NCBI GenBank assembly: GCA_002476605.1
Contig: DLLD01000015.1
Span: 9,694 to 73,693 of the forward strand
From: Christensenella sp. UBA7571
GTDB lineage: Bacteria; Bacillota; Clostridia; Christensenellales; CAG-917
Direction of reading: 5' to 3'
DNA: 64,000 bases
Shown here: positions 18,276-26,861 of the stretch, piece after piece
Position numbering within the stretch: position 1 is the stretch's first letter
How the letters are laid out: every line of letters starts with the position of its first letter
The notes under the pieces: generated by a model
Told to the model about the DNA's origin: nothing
Database searches by the model: none
What the model saw: the letters and a program-made list of their open reading frames with translations, nothing else
Position numbers and translations under genes: made by a program

Positions 18276-18876
18276 ACATTATCTTTGCTCTTTCGGGTGA
18301 AAGTCCCAAAATCATATTGACGGTTTTGCGTATTTGCGTGGTGCTGTCGTCCACCCATTCGGCGTCCTCGTGCAAAATCACGCTGCCGACGCCGTGGGAC
18401 AAGAACACCGCCATAATCGGAGTGTCCATAGTCGGTTTTGCGCCGTCCGCTACCAAAACTTCCAAAATTTGCTCTATGTACGGTTCGATGACGGTGAGCG
18501 TTTGCTCTCGTATTGCCCAACGCACCGTGCGATGCATATTGCCCTCGTACTTATCCCTGAACTCGCGCACTTTTACCTTCATATAGCCGAAAAATCTCAT
18601 AAGTGCTTGATTAGGGTTTTGCTTTGCGCTTTCCACAAGTGTGGCAAAATCTGCCTTGTACGGCTCGAAAAAGTGGTCGAGAACGTCGGAAAACAAATCG
18701 TCTTTGGTCTTGTAATAATAGTAAAACAATCCGACTTCGCAATCGAGCTCGTCCGTGATATTGCGTATGCACGTGCCGTCAAAGCCTTTTTCAAAAAACA
18801 GTTTCGTGCCGACTTCTATCATTTTGTTCTTCGTTCCGCAATCGTACTTTGGTTTTCTTGCCATATAGCCCCTCAA
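18265..18876 (-). CDS. TetR/AcrR family transcriptional regulator
   Basis: It has an N-terminal TetR helix-turn-helix (EVGTKLFFEKGFDGTCIRNITDELDCEVGLFYYYYKTKDDLF) and overlaps the downstream CAT-like gene by 11 nt. Confidence 0.85.
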   Translation of the reverse strand: MRGYMARKPKYDCGTKNKMIEVGTKLFFEKGFDGTCIRNITDELDCEVGLFYYYYKTKDDLFSDVLDHFFEPYKADFATLVESAKQNPNQALMRFFGYMKVKVREFRDKYEGNMHRTVRWAIREQTLTVIEPYIEQILEVLVADGAKPTMDTPIMAVFLSHGVGSVILHEDAEWVDDSTTQIRKTVNMILGLSPERAKIMFGD

Positions 18877-18957
18877 AAATTACTGAATTTCGCTCAATTA
18901 TAGCACCGTAAGCGACGTGTGTCAACCGTTACTGAATATCGTACAAAAATAAACATA

Positions 18958-18992
18958 ATAAAAAACGACGCATAAAAATGCGCCGTTTTTAG
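18958..18992 (-). terminator. rho-independent terminator downstream of the GLUG-motif gene
   Basis: The stem ACGACGCAT-AAAA-ATGCGCCGT has one mismatch. An A-run on the plus strand gives a U-run on the minus strand. Confidence 0.6.
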
Positions 18993-19007
18993 ATAGTTTT
19001 TTTGCTG

Positions 19008-21566
19008 TTATTTAATTAAAAATTGAAGTGTGGGAAGATTGCCGTCTTCTATCGTCCACACGTCCTTGAAGTCAAAGCCCGTGTTGTCCGTAAACCACGT
19101 TTCGGAGCGGAACGAGCTCGTCGAGTCGGGGTCGGTTGATTTGAGGTTGCCCGTCTTGGTGATAACGAAGTTCTCGACGTCCTCACCGTCAACCACCGTA
19201 ACGGAGTAAACTTCACCGTTGAGCGAAAGCGTGTTTTGAGGATCGTACCAGCACTTGGTTACGGTCGAATTGTTTTCCATACTGCCGAAACCAAAGCCGA
19301 GGAAGAGTGCATTGGTATCGTTGTTTTTGAGCTCACCCGCTTCGTCTTCGACGGTGTTGTCAACCGCGATATTCACGAGCGTGAAGCAAGAGGAGATTGA
19401 CTTTTGAGAGTTTCTGCCCGCGATGCCCGCAACGTAAAGTCTGACGTTTTTCGTCTCTCTGTCGAGGCTTACGTCAATCGTGCCCGTTGAGTAGCAATAG
19501 TTGATTGCGCCGACGCTCGTCGTGGACGTGCCCGATTGCGATTTTCCGCTGAAATTGTTGCCGACGATACCGCCGATTGCGACGATACTTGCCGACTTGT
19601 TGAGAATGACTCTCATATCCGCGTCAACGTAGGAATTTCTCACGTAGCCTTCGTTCTTGCCGATGATACCGCCGATATTCACTGATTGCGAAAGCGATCC
19701 GCCAAGGATAGCGGGGCAACCGCCCGCACCGAAATTCACTTTGACAGACACTTTTTCAACTGCCGCCGCATTGTCCGCAACCGCACCGCCGAAGTACGCC
19801 GTGTTCGTCGCGATCATATTGTTGACTGTGTATACCTCAACTTCGCATTGAGAGACTTGACCGCCGTTTGTGCCCGCTATGCCGCCGATCTTGAAAGAGT
19901 CGCATCTGATTTCGTCTGGGGAAACGAACGCTTTGCCGTCCACGATAGTGGAAGAAGCCTTGTTTTCACCGACGATACCGCCGAAGATAAGAGACTTACT
20001 GTTTGATGTAAACGAAATCCTTCTCGTATCGCTTCCGAACGCGCTTCCGCCGATATAGCCCTTGTTTATGTCGCTTGCAACGCCTTGGTTGACCGCTACA
20101 ATACCGCCGACGGTAACTTTGTTGAGTTCGTTAAGGTTGAGCGTTGCCGACTTCACCGTAACGCCGTAAATCCTACCGCTGTTGACGGTTGCAACTACGC
20201 CGACGCGCACGTCGCTCACGTAACTTTCACCGTCTTTGACGACGGAAAGCGTGATATTTTCAAAAGTGAGATTTTCAAGCGTACCGCCGACGTAACCGAA
20301 CACGGAAGCGTGCGTGGTATCTCCAAAGATACCGCCCTTAATCGTTGCGCCGTTTTCACCGCCGTCAATCGTGCCTACAAAAACGTGAGACGCGTCGAAG
20401 AGAGGTTTGAAGACGTTAGTACCGAAGTTGATCGTGCCCGAGAACTTAATATCCGCGTCGAGAATTTCCTCGATTGCGACTTTTTCCTCGTCGGTGGGAT
20501 TTTCCTTGTGCAAAACGTCGTAAACGCTCTCGTATTGGTCAACGGAAGAGATTGCGATTTGCTTGGTCCACTTGGAATAAATCTTTACGATACCGCCCTC
20601 GAAATAGTTGTCAAAGTCACCCATTGCAAAAACGCGCGTGCCCGTTTGCTCGTCGTTTTCGTATTTGATATCGTTCTTGACCGTTTCTTTGTCGGAATTG
20701 ACGGTCTCGTAATACCATTTATCAAACTTGTAGCCCGAGATATTTTCGGGGACGTATTTGTCGCTTTCCGCAATCTTGTCAACGGAGCGCATTTCTTTGC
20801 TGTTGAGCACACTACCGTCTTTTGCAAGATATTGCAACGTAACCACGGGAAGCGTGGAGCGGAACATTGGATAGAGCGTCAACACGTCGGACGTGTTGTA
20901 AGTGAGCGTGTATTTGTCCAAAGACGCAACGTTGGTGTCCTTGTCGCTTGCAAGTGCGGTGAAACGCACGGGTTTGTTGTCTTTGTCAAGATAGAACCAG
21001 AAGCAGAACGTATCGTTCTCCGCCTCGGGGCAATCGAGATTGGTCTTGTCGTTGTACACGGATTTGACCTTTGCGTCCGCGCCGATAGTCATATCGTAGC
21101 CCGTCAAATTCTTGTACTCACCGTTATTGACGGTTATCGTGCCGTCCTCGTTGTAGGTGTACGTCGCGCCGAGAACGTAGTTATGATTGAACTCGTTGGG
21201 AGAATAATACGCCGAAAGCGTGGTGTTTTTGTTGATCGTTTGCGTATTGAAATCAAACTCTTTTTTGCCGTCTTCCGTCCAGTATTGGAAAGTGTATCCC
21301 GTCTTGGTGGGGATAACCTTTTCACCCTTATCGTTGGTGGGCGCTTTAATCTTCGAGCCTGCCACGACGCCCGTCAAAACGTTGTTTTCAAAGGTGTAAT
21401 TGCTCAACGTGTTGAAAGTAACGGTGTATTTTGCAACTTCGTATTGGTTGTTTCCGCCGTTATTATTATTGTCGTCGTCTCTGTCCGTTCTGTTGCAAGC
21501 AACGCAAACCGAGCAAAGAAGAACGACGAGCAAAATCGTGCAAGTGAGCGTGAGAATTTTCTTCAT
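19008..21566 (-). CDS. secreted/lipoprotein surface protein with Listeria-Bacteroides repeats and multiple GLUG motifs
   Basis: It has a signal peptide with a Cys (LLCSVCVAC) and repeats of the GYTFQYWTEDG type. At least 6 GLUG-like units are present (IGGIVG.N.G.I..). Confidence 0.75.
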   Translation of the reverse strand: MKKILTLTCTILLVVLLCSVCVACNRTDRDDDNNNNGGNNQYEVAKYTVTFNTLSNYTFENNVLTGVVAGSKIKAPTNDKGEKVIPTKTGYTFQYWTEDGKKEFDFNTQTINKNTTLSAYYSPNEFNHNYVLGATYTYNEDGTITVNNGEYKNLTGYDMTIGADAKVKSVYNDKTNLDCPEAENDTFCFWFYLDKDNKPVRFTALASDKDTNVASLDKYTLTYNTSDVLTLYPMFRSTLPVVTLQYLAKDGSVLNSKEMRSVDKIAESDKYVPENISGYKFDKWYYETVNSDKETVKNDIKYENDEQTGTRVFAMGDFDNYFEGGIVKIYSKWTKQIAISSVDQYESVYDVLHKENPTDEEKVAIEEILDADIKFSGTINFGTNVFKPLFDASHVFVGTIDGGENGATIKGGIFGDTTHASVFGYVGGTLENLTFENITLSVVKDGESYVSDVRVGVVATVNSGRIYGVTVKSATLNLNELNKVTVGGIVAVNQGVASDINKGYIGGSAFGSDTRRISFTSNSKSLIFGGIVGENKASSTIVDGKAFVSPDEIRCDSFKIGGIAGTNGGQVSQCEVEVYTVNNMIATNTAYFGGAVADNAAAVEKVSVKVNFGAGGCPAILGGSLSQSVNIGGIIGKNEGYVRNSYVDADMRVILNKSASIVAIGGIVGNNFSGKSQSGTSTTSVGAINYCYSTGTIDVSLDRETKNVRLYVAGIAGRNSQKSISSCFTLVNIAVDNTVEDEAGELKNNDTNALFLGFGFGSMENNSTVTKCWYDPQNTLSLNGEVYSVTVVDGEDVENFVITKTGNLKSTDPDSTSSFRSETWFTDNTGFDFKDVWTIEDGNLPTLQFLIK

Positions 21567-21643
21567 ATAAGTTCTCCGAGCGAAGGCGCGATATTATGCG
21601 CGCCCGCGCTATTATGATTAGTATGAATAGATAGATAAATTAT

Positions 21644-21672
21644 ATTATACATATAAAGCGCGCCTTTTTCAA
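21644..21672 (-). promoter_or_regulatory. sigma-A-type promoter upstream of the GLUG-motif gene
   Basis: On the minus strand the sequence reads TTGAAA (21672-21667), a 17-nt spacer, then TATAAT (21649-21644). Confidence 0.5.
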
Positions 21673-21728
21673 CAAGTTTTTGTCGCCGAAGCGTTTTTAA
21701 CTCGTATTTAAGGCGCGTATTATAGTTT

Positions 21729-22388
21729 TTATGCAAATTTTTCAAAGTACGCTTTTGCGATTTGGTCTGCGGTTGCGCTTTGTTCAAGCGAGAGTAACGT
21801 TGCAATTTCGCTCTTCACGGTTGCATCGTTTATAGAGTAAGAGACCACCGCTTCTTCCCCGCTTTGCATACCGTCGCGAATTGCCGAAACGAGTGCGGTT
21901 GCAAGTTGCAACGCGGTGTTTCTATCTTCACCAATCACACAAACGCGCACTTTATCGTCGTCTTTGACTTGATAAACATCTTTTATTGCGTATTTGATGT
22001 TTTCACCTTGCTTGCCTACGTTGCTGAAAGGCGTATCTTCGCCGTCGCGCTCCAACGTGCAAACGGTCACGCTTTCGTCGCTTATAACGAAGCCGTAAAT
22101 TATAGTCTTGCCTTCGCTTTCGACGCTCAATCTCACGTAACTTTGAGCGGGCGCGGGCTTATTGTCTTGCATAAGCGCAAGTGCGGAAAACGCAAGCGCA
22201 CACACCAAAAGAAGTGCAAGCGCAATCCACAAAAGGCGCACCGCCGTGGTTTTATCAAAGGCGCGCAACGGCTCTTCACCCGTCAAAAGTCTGTTTATCG
22301 GGGCTTGCTGTGCGCGGGAAAAGACGTCGGGCACGGACTTTTCGTCGTGTTCGGTTTTGAGATTGTTTTTGATATCCCTAATCTTCAT
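21729..22388 (-). CDS. putative anti-sigma factor (single-pass membrane protein)
   Basis: It overlaps the upstream ECF sigma gene by 11 nt. It has a short cytosolic N-terminus, one TM helix (LLWIALALLLVCALAFSALAL) and an extracytoplasmic domain. Confidence 0.55.
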   Translation of the reverse strand: MKIRDIKNNLKTEHDEKSVPDVFSRAQQAPINRLLTGEEPLRAFDKTTAVRLLWIALALLLVCALAFSALALMQDNKPAPAQSYVRLSVESEGKTIIYGFVISDESVTVCTLERDGEDTPFSNVGKQGENIKYAIKDVYQVKDDDKVRVCVIGEDRNTALQLATALVSAIRDGMQSGEEAVVSYSINDATVKSEIATLLSLEQSATADQIAKAYFEKFA

Positions 22389-22917
22389 CTTTCCCCTCCT
22401 TTTGCAATTCTTTCTTTATTTTGGCAAGCGCGTTGTTGTATGCCCACAATATAGTTCCGAGCGGTTTTTCGAGCGTCTCGGCTATCTCTCTGTGCTTAAA
22501 TCCCGATATAACGTGCAAGGTGACTATCTGCCTTTCCTCGTCGCTGAGCACCTTGTTCATCGCTTTGGTGACGGGCGTGTCCTCCTCTTCCATATCGTAC
22601 GAGCCGAATCGTCCGTCGTCGCCGGTGGTGTCCGTCACGCTTTCGCGCTTGCGACGATTTAGCTCGTTGATGGTCACGTTCTTTGCTATCGTGTATAGCC
22701 AAGCGTATGCGTTAGAGCCCGCGCGATATTGCGATATGGTGGTTCTCAACCTTATATACGAGGTCTGCATCATATCTTCGGCAAGGTGATAATCGCGAGT
22801 CATAGACAAGAGGAACGCGAAAAGTCCGCGCTTGGTATCGTTGTAGATATTTTCAAACGCGGTTTCGTTGCCTTGTTGCAATTTGAGCATTTCTCTGTCC
22901 AATTCTTGCTTGGTCAT
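22378..22917 (-). CDS. RNA polymerase sigma-70 family ECF-type sigma factor
   Basis: The 179-aa protein has region 2 (FENIYNDTKRGLFAFLLSMTRDYHLAEDMMQTSYIRL) and a region 4 HTH (ERQIVTLHVISGFKHREIAETL). Confidence 0.85.
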   Translation of the reverse strand: MTKQELDREMLKLQQGNETAFENIYNDTKRGLFAFLLSMTRDYHLAEDMMQTSYIRLRTTISQYRAGSNAYAWLYTIAKNVTINELNRRKRESVTDTTGDDGRFGSYDMEEEDTPVTKAMNKVLSDEERQIVTLHVISGFKHREIAETLEKPLGTILWAYNNALAKIKKELQKEGKDED

Positions 22918-23126
22918 AATTATATTTTAGCACACAAGTCAAGATATCTCAACTTTCTTTATTCAATGCGACGAGGATTGCGTTTTATCGTGCATTTGCT
23001 CGATATCGTGCGCGAATTTTGCAAAAATTTGCGATTTTTGGATATTCTTTTGATTATCTTTATGTTGATTTTATTGTGTTTTTATATTTTGGGTATATTA
23101 TCTATATATAAAATAGAGGAAAGAGT

Positions 23127-24683
23127 ATGCGCAATTACAAAAAAACGTCAATCTTGTTGGCTATGTGCCTTGCGTTCACGGTGCTTTGTGCCGTGTGTTT
23201 AATTGCGTGCAATTCCCTTACTCCCAACACCATTTCGTTCACGCCAAAAGCGACCTCTTACGTCAGCGTAGACGTCAATCCGTCAATAGAGCTCGTACTC
23301 GATCAAAACGACGAAGTTATGAGCGTCACGGGTGCGAACGAGGACGCAAGAGTGCTCTTATTCAGAGAAGACGGCATCGTCGGCGCAAAGGTGAACGTCG
23401 CAATCGAAAATATTGCCGCTCTTGCCGTTGAATACGGATATCTCAAAGAGGAAAACGCAACCGTCGACGTGTGCGTGGTATCCTCGTCTGACGATAAGCA
23501 AAACGACCTCTTCAAGTCTATATCAGACTCCTTTATAAAAGGCGTGCAAGAGCAAAACGAGTCGCTTTGCGTGTCTATCACAAACGAAATCAGCTTGTCT
23601 CTCAATACGGAACTTGCAAAGCTCAAATCACAATACTCGGCGGATGAGAATATTCAATCTTTGTCCGTTGGTGACTTCAAGCTCGTAAAGCGCGCAATGG
23701 AAACCGATCCGTCTCAAAACTACCAAGATTTGGCGAGCAAAAGCACGGAAGAGTTGTTGTCTATCGCTTCCGTCTTGCAAAACAACGCCGACGCAACGTA
23801 CGGCGACGCGTACAAAAAACAAGTGGACAAGGCAAAACTCGTGTACAACAACACGGTGCAAACGCTTGAAGGCACTTTCTACGTAAAACACTTTGCAACC
23901 AAGGCACTCTCAAATTATACCGAGGCAATGGCAAACCTTGCAAAAACCTCAAGCGCAATCAAGTATACCGCCGCAAACGCGTATTTGCTTTCCCTCACCT
24001 ACTATCAAACGAGATTTGCAAGCTATTTTGCAAACCCCACCTACACGATATCGCAAGACGCAATATCCAAGATTGCAACCGCACTCGGAGTGTACGAAGA
24101 CGATTTTGAAAAGGCAATCGACGCATCTACGGTCAAAGACGGCGTGCAAATATCCAAAAGCGATCTCGAATTTTTCGTCGACAAACTCTATCGCAACGCA
24201 AGCGAGCAAGAAAAGGCGCGCCTTGCAAGCGTGTACGAAAATATTTGCAACGAGTATCTCGTAACCGCCGACAAGGACGAGGAGGATATGCAGTTCTCAA
24301 TCGACGACGTGGACAAGCGCATACTCACTATCAAAGCCACCCTTGCGACGCCTCAAATGACGCTTATGCTCAATCTCGCAGGCTTCGATATCGACGATAT
24401 ACTCGGTCAATGCAAGCCCGAAAACGTGGACTACGACGATTATTCCAGCATAGATAAAGCAATCGCTTCCCTCAAAGAGTTTGCGCAATCGGCAAAGAAA
24501 GATATGGCACTCACCGAAGAGGACGAAGCGCAAGTTAAAGAAGATTTTTCATCGGTGCAATCAACGCTTGACGACGCACTGCAAATCTTCAATAAAGCAA
24601 AAGAAAAAGCCGTAAACGACGCAATTGACTATATTCTCTCAATAAAAGCAAGTCGCAAAAACGACAGTAAAAATCGAATTTAA
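23127..24683 (+). CDS. hypothetical lipoprotein (518 aa)
   Basis: It has a lipoprotein signal (LAFTVLCAVCLIAC), a good RBS (AGAGGAAAGAG) and a helical, Ala/Lys/Glu-rich body. I recognise no family. Confidence 0.6.
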   Translation: MRNYKKTSILLAMCLAFTVLCAVCLIACNSLTPNTISFTPKATSYVSVDVNPSIELVLDQNDEVMSVTGANEDARVLLFREDGIVGAKVNVAIENIAALAVEYGYLKEENATVDVCVVSSSDDKQNDLFKSISDSFIKGVQEQNESLCVSITNEISLSLNTELAKLKSQYSADENIQSLSVGDFKLVKRAMETDPSQNYQDLASKSTEELLSIASVLQNNADATYGDAYKKQVDKAKLVYNNTVQTLEGTFYVKHFATKALSNYTEAMANLAKTSSAIKYTAANAYLLSLTYYQTRFASYFANPTYTISQDAISKIATALGVYEDDFEKAIDASTVKDGVQISKSDLEFFVDKLYRNASEQEKARLASVYENICNEYLVTADKDEEDMQFSIDDVDKRILTIKATLATPQMTLMLNLAGFDIDDILGQCKPENVDYDDYSSIDKAIASLKEFAQSAKKDMALTEEDEAQVKEDFSSVQSTLDDALQIFNKAKEKAVNDAIDYILSIKASRKNDSKNRI

Positions 24684-24721
24684 TTTTGTCAAGCATAGCT
24701 TGAAACCTTTTATCCCCTATA

Positions 24722-24752
24722 TGAAAAAGCGTGCATAAATTGCACGCTTTTT
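24722..24752. terminator. bidirectional rho-independent terminator
   Basis: The sequence is AAAAA-GCGTGCA-TAAAT-TGCACGC-TTTTT, placed between convergent genes. Confidence 0.8.
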
Positions 24753-24771
24753 CATATTCTCACAGTCTCTA

Positions 24772-26262
24772 TTATTTCAACGCTCTGAAATAAACTATCT
24801 TGTCTCCCTCTTTCGTCGGCGTTTCGAGCGTCGGATTTTGCGCTCTTACGTCGTCGGGCATTGCGGATAGTGCTTTGCAAATATCGAGCATTTCCTCACC
24901 CTCGGAAGCCACGTATACGGACAATGCGGACGTGTTGGTGACTCTTGCCTCACCCACCGTGACTGCGGATATGTAGTCCGCTTGCAAGTCGGAATATCCG
25001 CACGCTTTGACCGCTATATCCATAACGATATCGAATTCTCTTTCTCTGACGATACTTGCGTCTATTCTTTGCACGTCGGAATGCACCTTGACCTCTTTGG
25101 AGAACGGAATTTCGCTTGCAACCGCCACCGCGAACGGAATTTCCGCACGCACCGCGTTGTAACCGTTTTCGTCCGTATAAATAATATCGGTGTTGACGAC
25201 GCCCTCGACCACGAGTCTGTTGTCCTCGGTGACGTACGAGCGAGTTGTATAGCACCTTGCGTACGGCATTGCGCACACTTGAAGTGCGGCGGGCTTGTTG
25301 TCTCCGAGCATTGCCGTTCCGCTCACGCCTTGCATAAAGTATCCGCAACCGTCAAAGCATTGATAATTTGCGCTCTTGCGCTCGATTTCCGTCTCGTTGG
25401 AGAGCATAAAGAGGTCGCTTACGATTTCCGTTTTGGAGCATCTAAACGCGCCGACTTTGATTTGCACTTCACCTTCGACTCTAATAACGTTGTCGTCCGT
25501 CACGCCTTGAAGCACCACTTTTGCCGTCTTTACGCACGCTTCGACTTTGATTGCGTCCGACGGAGTAACGCCGTCAAGACTGAATTCGTCCTCTATGGGA
25601 ATATTGAAAGCGCGTTGCTTAATTTCACCGTTTTCGACGTACGTTACGTTGGCAATCACTTGGAATTTGGTTTTCGCACCGCCGTCGGTTGCGATGGATT
25701 GCTTGGGAATACACACGGTATTGAGCCCGAGCACCACGCTTATTTCACCGCCCACGTCCGCCTCGTCGTCAAAGGGTACGGACGACGTTTTGGTTGCGAT
25801 AAAGGACGGCACGTATATCTCTTTGGTGGTGGTATAGCAGTCCTCGCAAGAGGTGAGCATCTCTATCTCGTCGCGCTTGATTGCGCTTGCTCTTATGTCG
25901 AGAACGGCGGTCAATGACAATCTATCCGTCGCGCCTACGTCCGCTTCGGTGACGTATATGTCGCAACGAGCGTTGTCTCCCTCCGCAAATTCTCCGTCCA
26001 CTCTCACTTCAAAATCGGCGTTGTAATCCACGCCTCTTGCCACGCCCTCTTTATCGAGGTAGATAAGTCGGAAATTGGTTCGTCCGCTCACTTGCACGTA
26101 TCCGTCGTGCGCTTCTACGGTCGTGCTTTTTGCGTCAACCGCAAGCGACAACACTTTTGCGACGTTGCTCATATCAACGTCTTGCGGTGAAAACTCAACC
26201 ACTCTCTCGACGGACGGCGCGGTGTAAAATTTGCTTGCACTTATTTTCTCAAAATTGAACAT
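24772..26262 (-). CDS. DUF3794-like protein with a degenerate LysM-like C-terminus (start trimmed)
   Basis: The ATG at 26260-26262 is preceded by a GGAGGAG RBS. The body is a repetitive beta-rich domain, and the C-terminus (GEEMLDICKAL...PDDVRAQNP...KEGDKIV) is LysM-like. It is divergent from veg, as seen in many Firmicutes. Confidence 0.6.
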   Translation of the reverse strand: MFNFEKISASKFYTAPSVERVVEFSPQDVDMSNVAKVLSLAVDAKSTTVEAHDGYVQVSGRTNFRLIYLDKEGVARGVDYNADFEVRVDGEFAEGDNARCDIYVTEADVGATDRLSLTAVLDIRASAIKRDEIEMLTSCEDCYTTTKEIYVPSFIATKTSSVPFDDEADVGGEISVVLGLNTVCIPKQSIATDGGAKTKFQVIANVTYVENGEIKQRAFNIPIEDEFSLDGVTPSDAIKVEACVKTAKVVLQGVTDDNVIRVEGEVQIKVGAFRCSKTEIVSDLFMLSNETEIERKSANYQCFDGCGYFMQGVSGTAMLGDNKPAALQVCAMPYARCYTTRSYVTEDNRLVVEGVVNTDIIYTDENGYNAVRAEIPFAVAVASEIPFSKEVKVHSDVQRIDASIVREREFDIVMDIAVKACGYSDLQADYISAVTVGEARVTNTSALSVYVASEGEEMLDICKALSAMPDDVRAQNPTLETPTKEGDKIVYFRALK

Positions 26263-26346
26263 ATACTCCTCCGTTTCACAAAAACATATTCTCAAAAGTC
26301 TTGCGATATGACGAATAAATTTCAAATTATCGGCAAAAATTATCGT

Positions 26347-26583
26347 ATGAGAGAAATCGGACAATCAATCGCAGGCGCAAAAGAAAGAGTGCAAAAACTC
26401 GTGGGCATACCCGTGCTTATGAAAATCAATACCGGAAGAGGCAAATCCACTCTTCTCAAAGGCGAAGTTACGGCGGTATTTCCCGCAGTGTTCACCGTCA
26501 AATCCGACGACGGACAAAACCGCACCTTTTCATACTGCGACGTGCACACCAAAAACGTGCTTTTCCTCCCTCGCAAAGACTGA
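26347..26583 (+). CDS. veg: Veg family protein (start trimmed)
   Basis: The sequence (IAGAKERVQKLVGIPVLMKINTGRGKSTLLKGEVTAVFPAVFTVKSDDGQNRTFSYCDV) matches the Veg pattern of B. subtilis (..RLTLKANGGRRK...G.L...YPSVF.....). Confidence 0.8.
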   Translation: MREIGQSIAGAKERVQKLVGIPVLMKINTGRGKSTLLKGEVTAVFPAVFTVKSDDGQNRTFSYCDVHTKNVLFLPRKD

Positions 26584-26760
26584 AAATCCTATTTGTAAAT
26601 ACTATGCGTATAAATACGATATTCTGCGTATAAGAAACGAGATTTTGGAAATAATCGAAATATAAAACGCAAAATCAACGCAAACCGTATCGATTTTCAA
26701 ACAGCCCCAAAAGACGAAAACCATTGGCTTTCGCTCCTCATAATACTTCCCCTTATCAAG

Positions 26761-26790
26761 CAAAAGGCCGTCGCTATGGACGGTCTTTTG
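26761..26790. terminator. bidirectional terminator between veg and the S8 peptidase gene
   Basis: The sequence is AAAA-GGCCGTC-GCTATG-GACGGTC-TTTT. Confidence 0.65.
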
Positions 26791-26861
26791 CTTATATAAT
26801 ATATTCGTAATATTTAGTTTGGATATCTTAACCTTATTGGGTTATTGCCTATCGTCGACCT

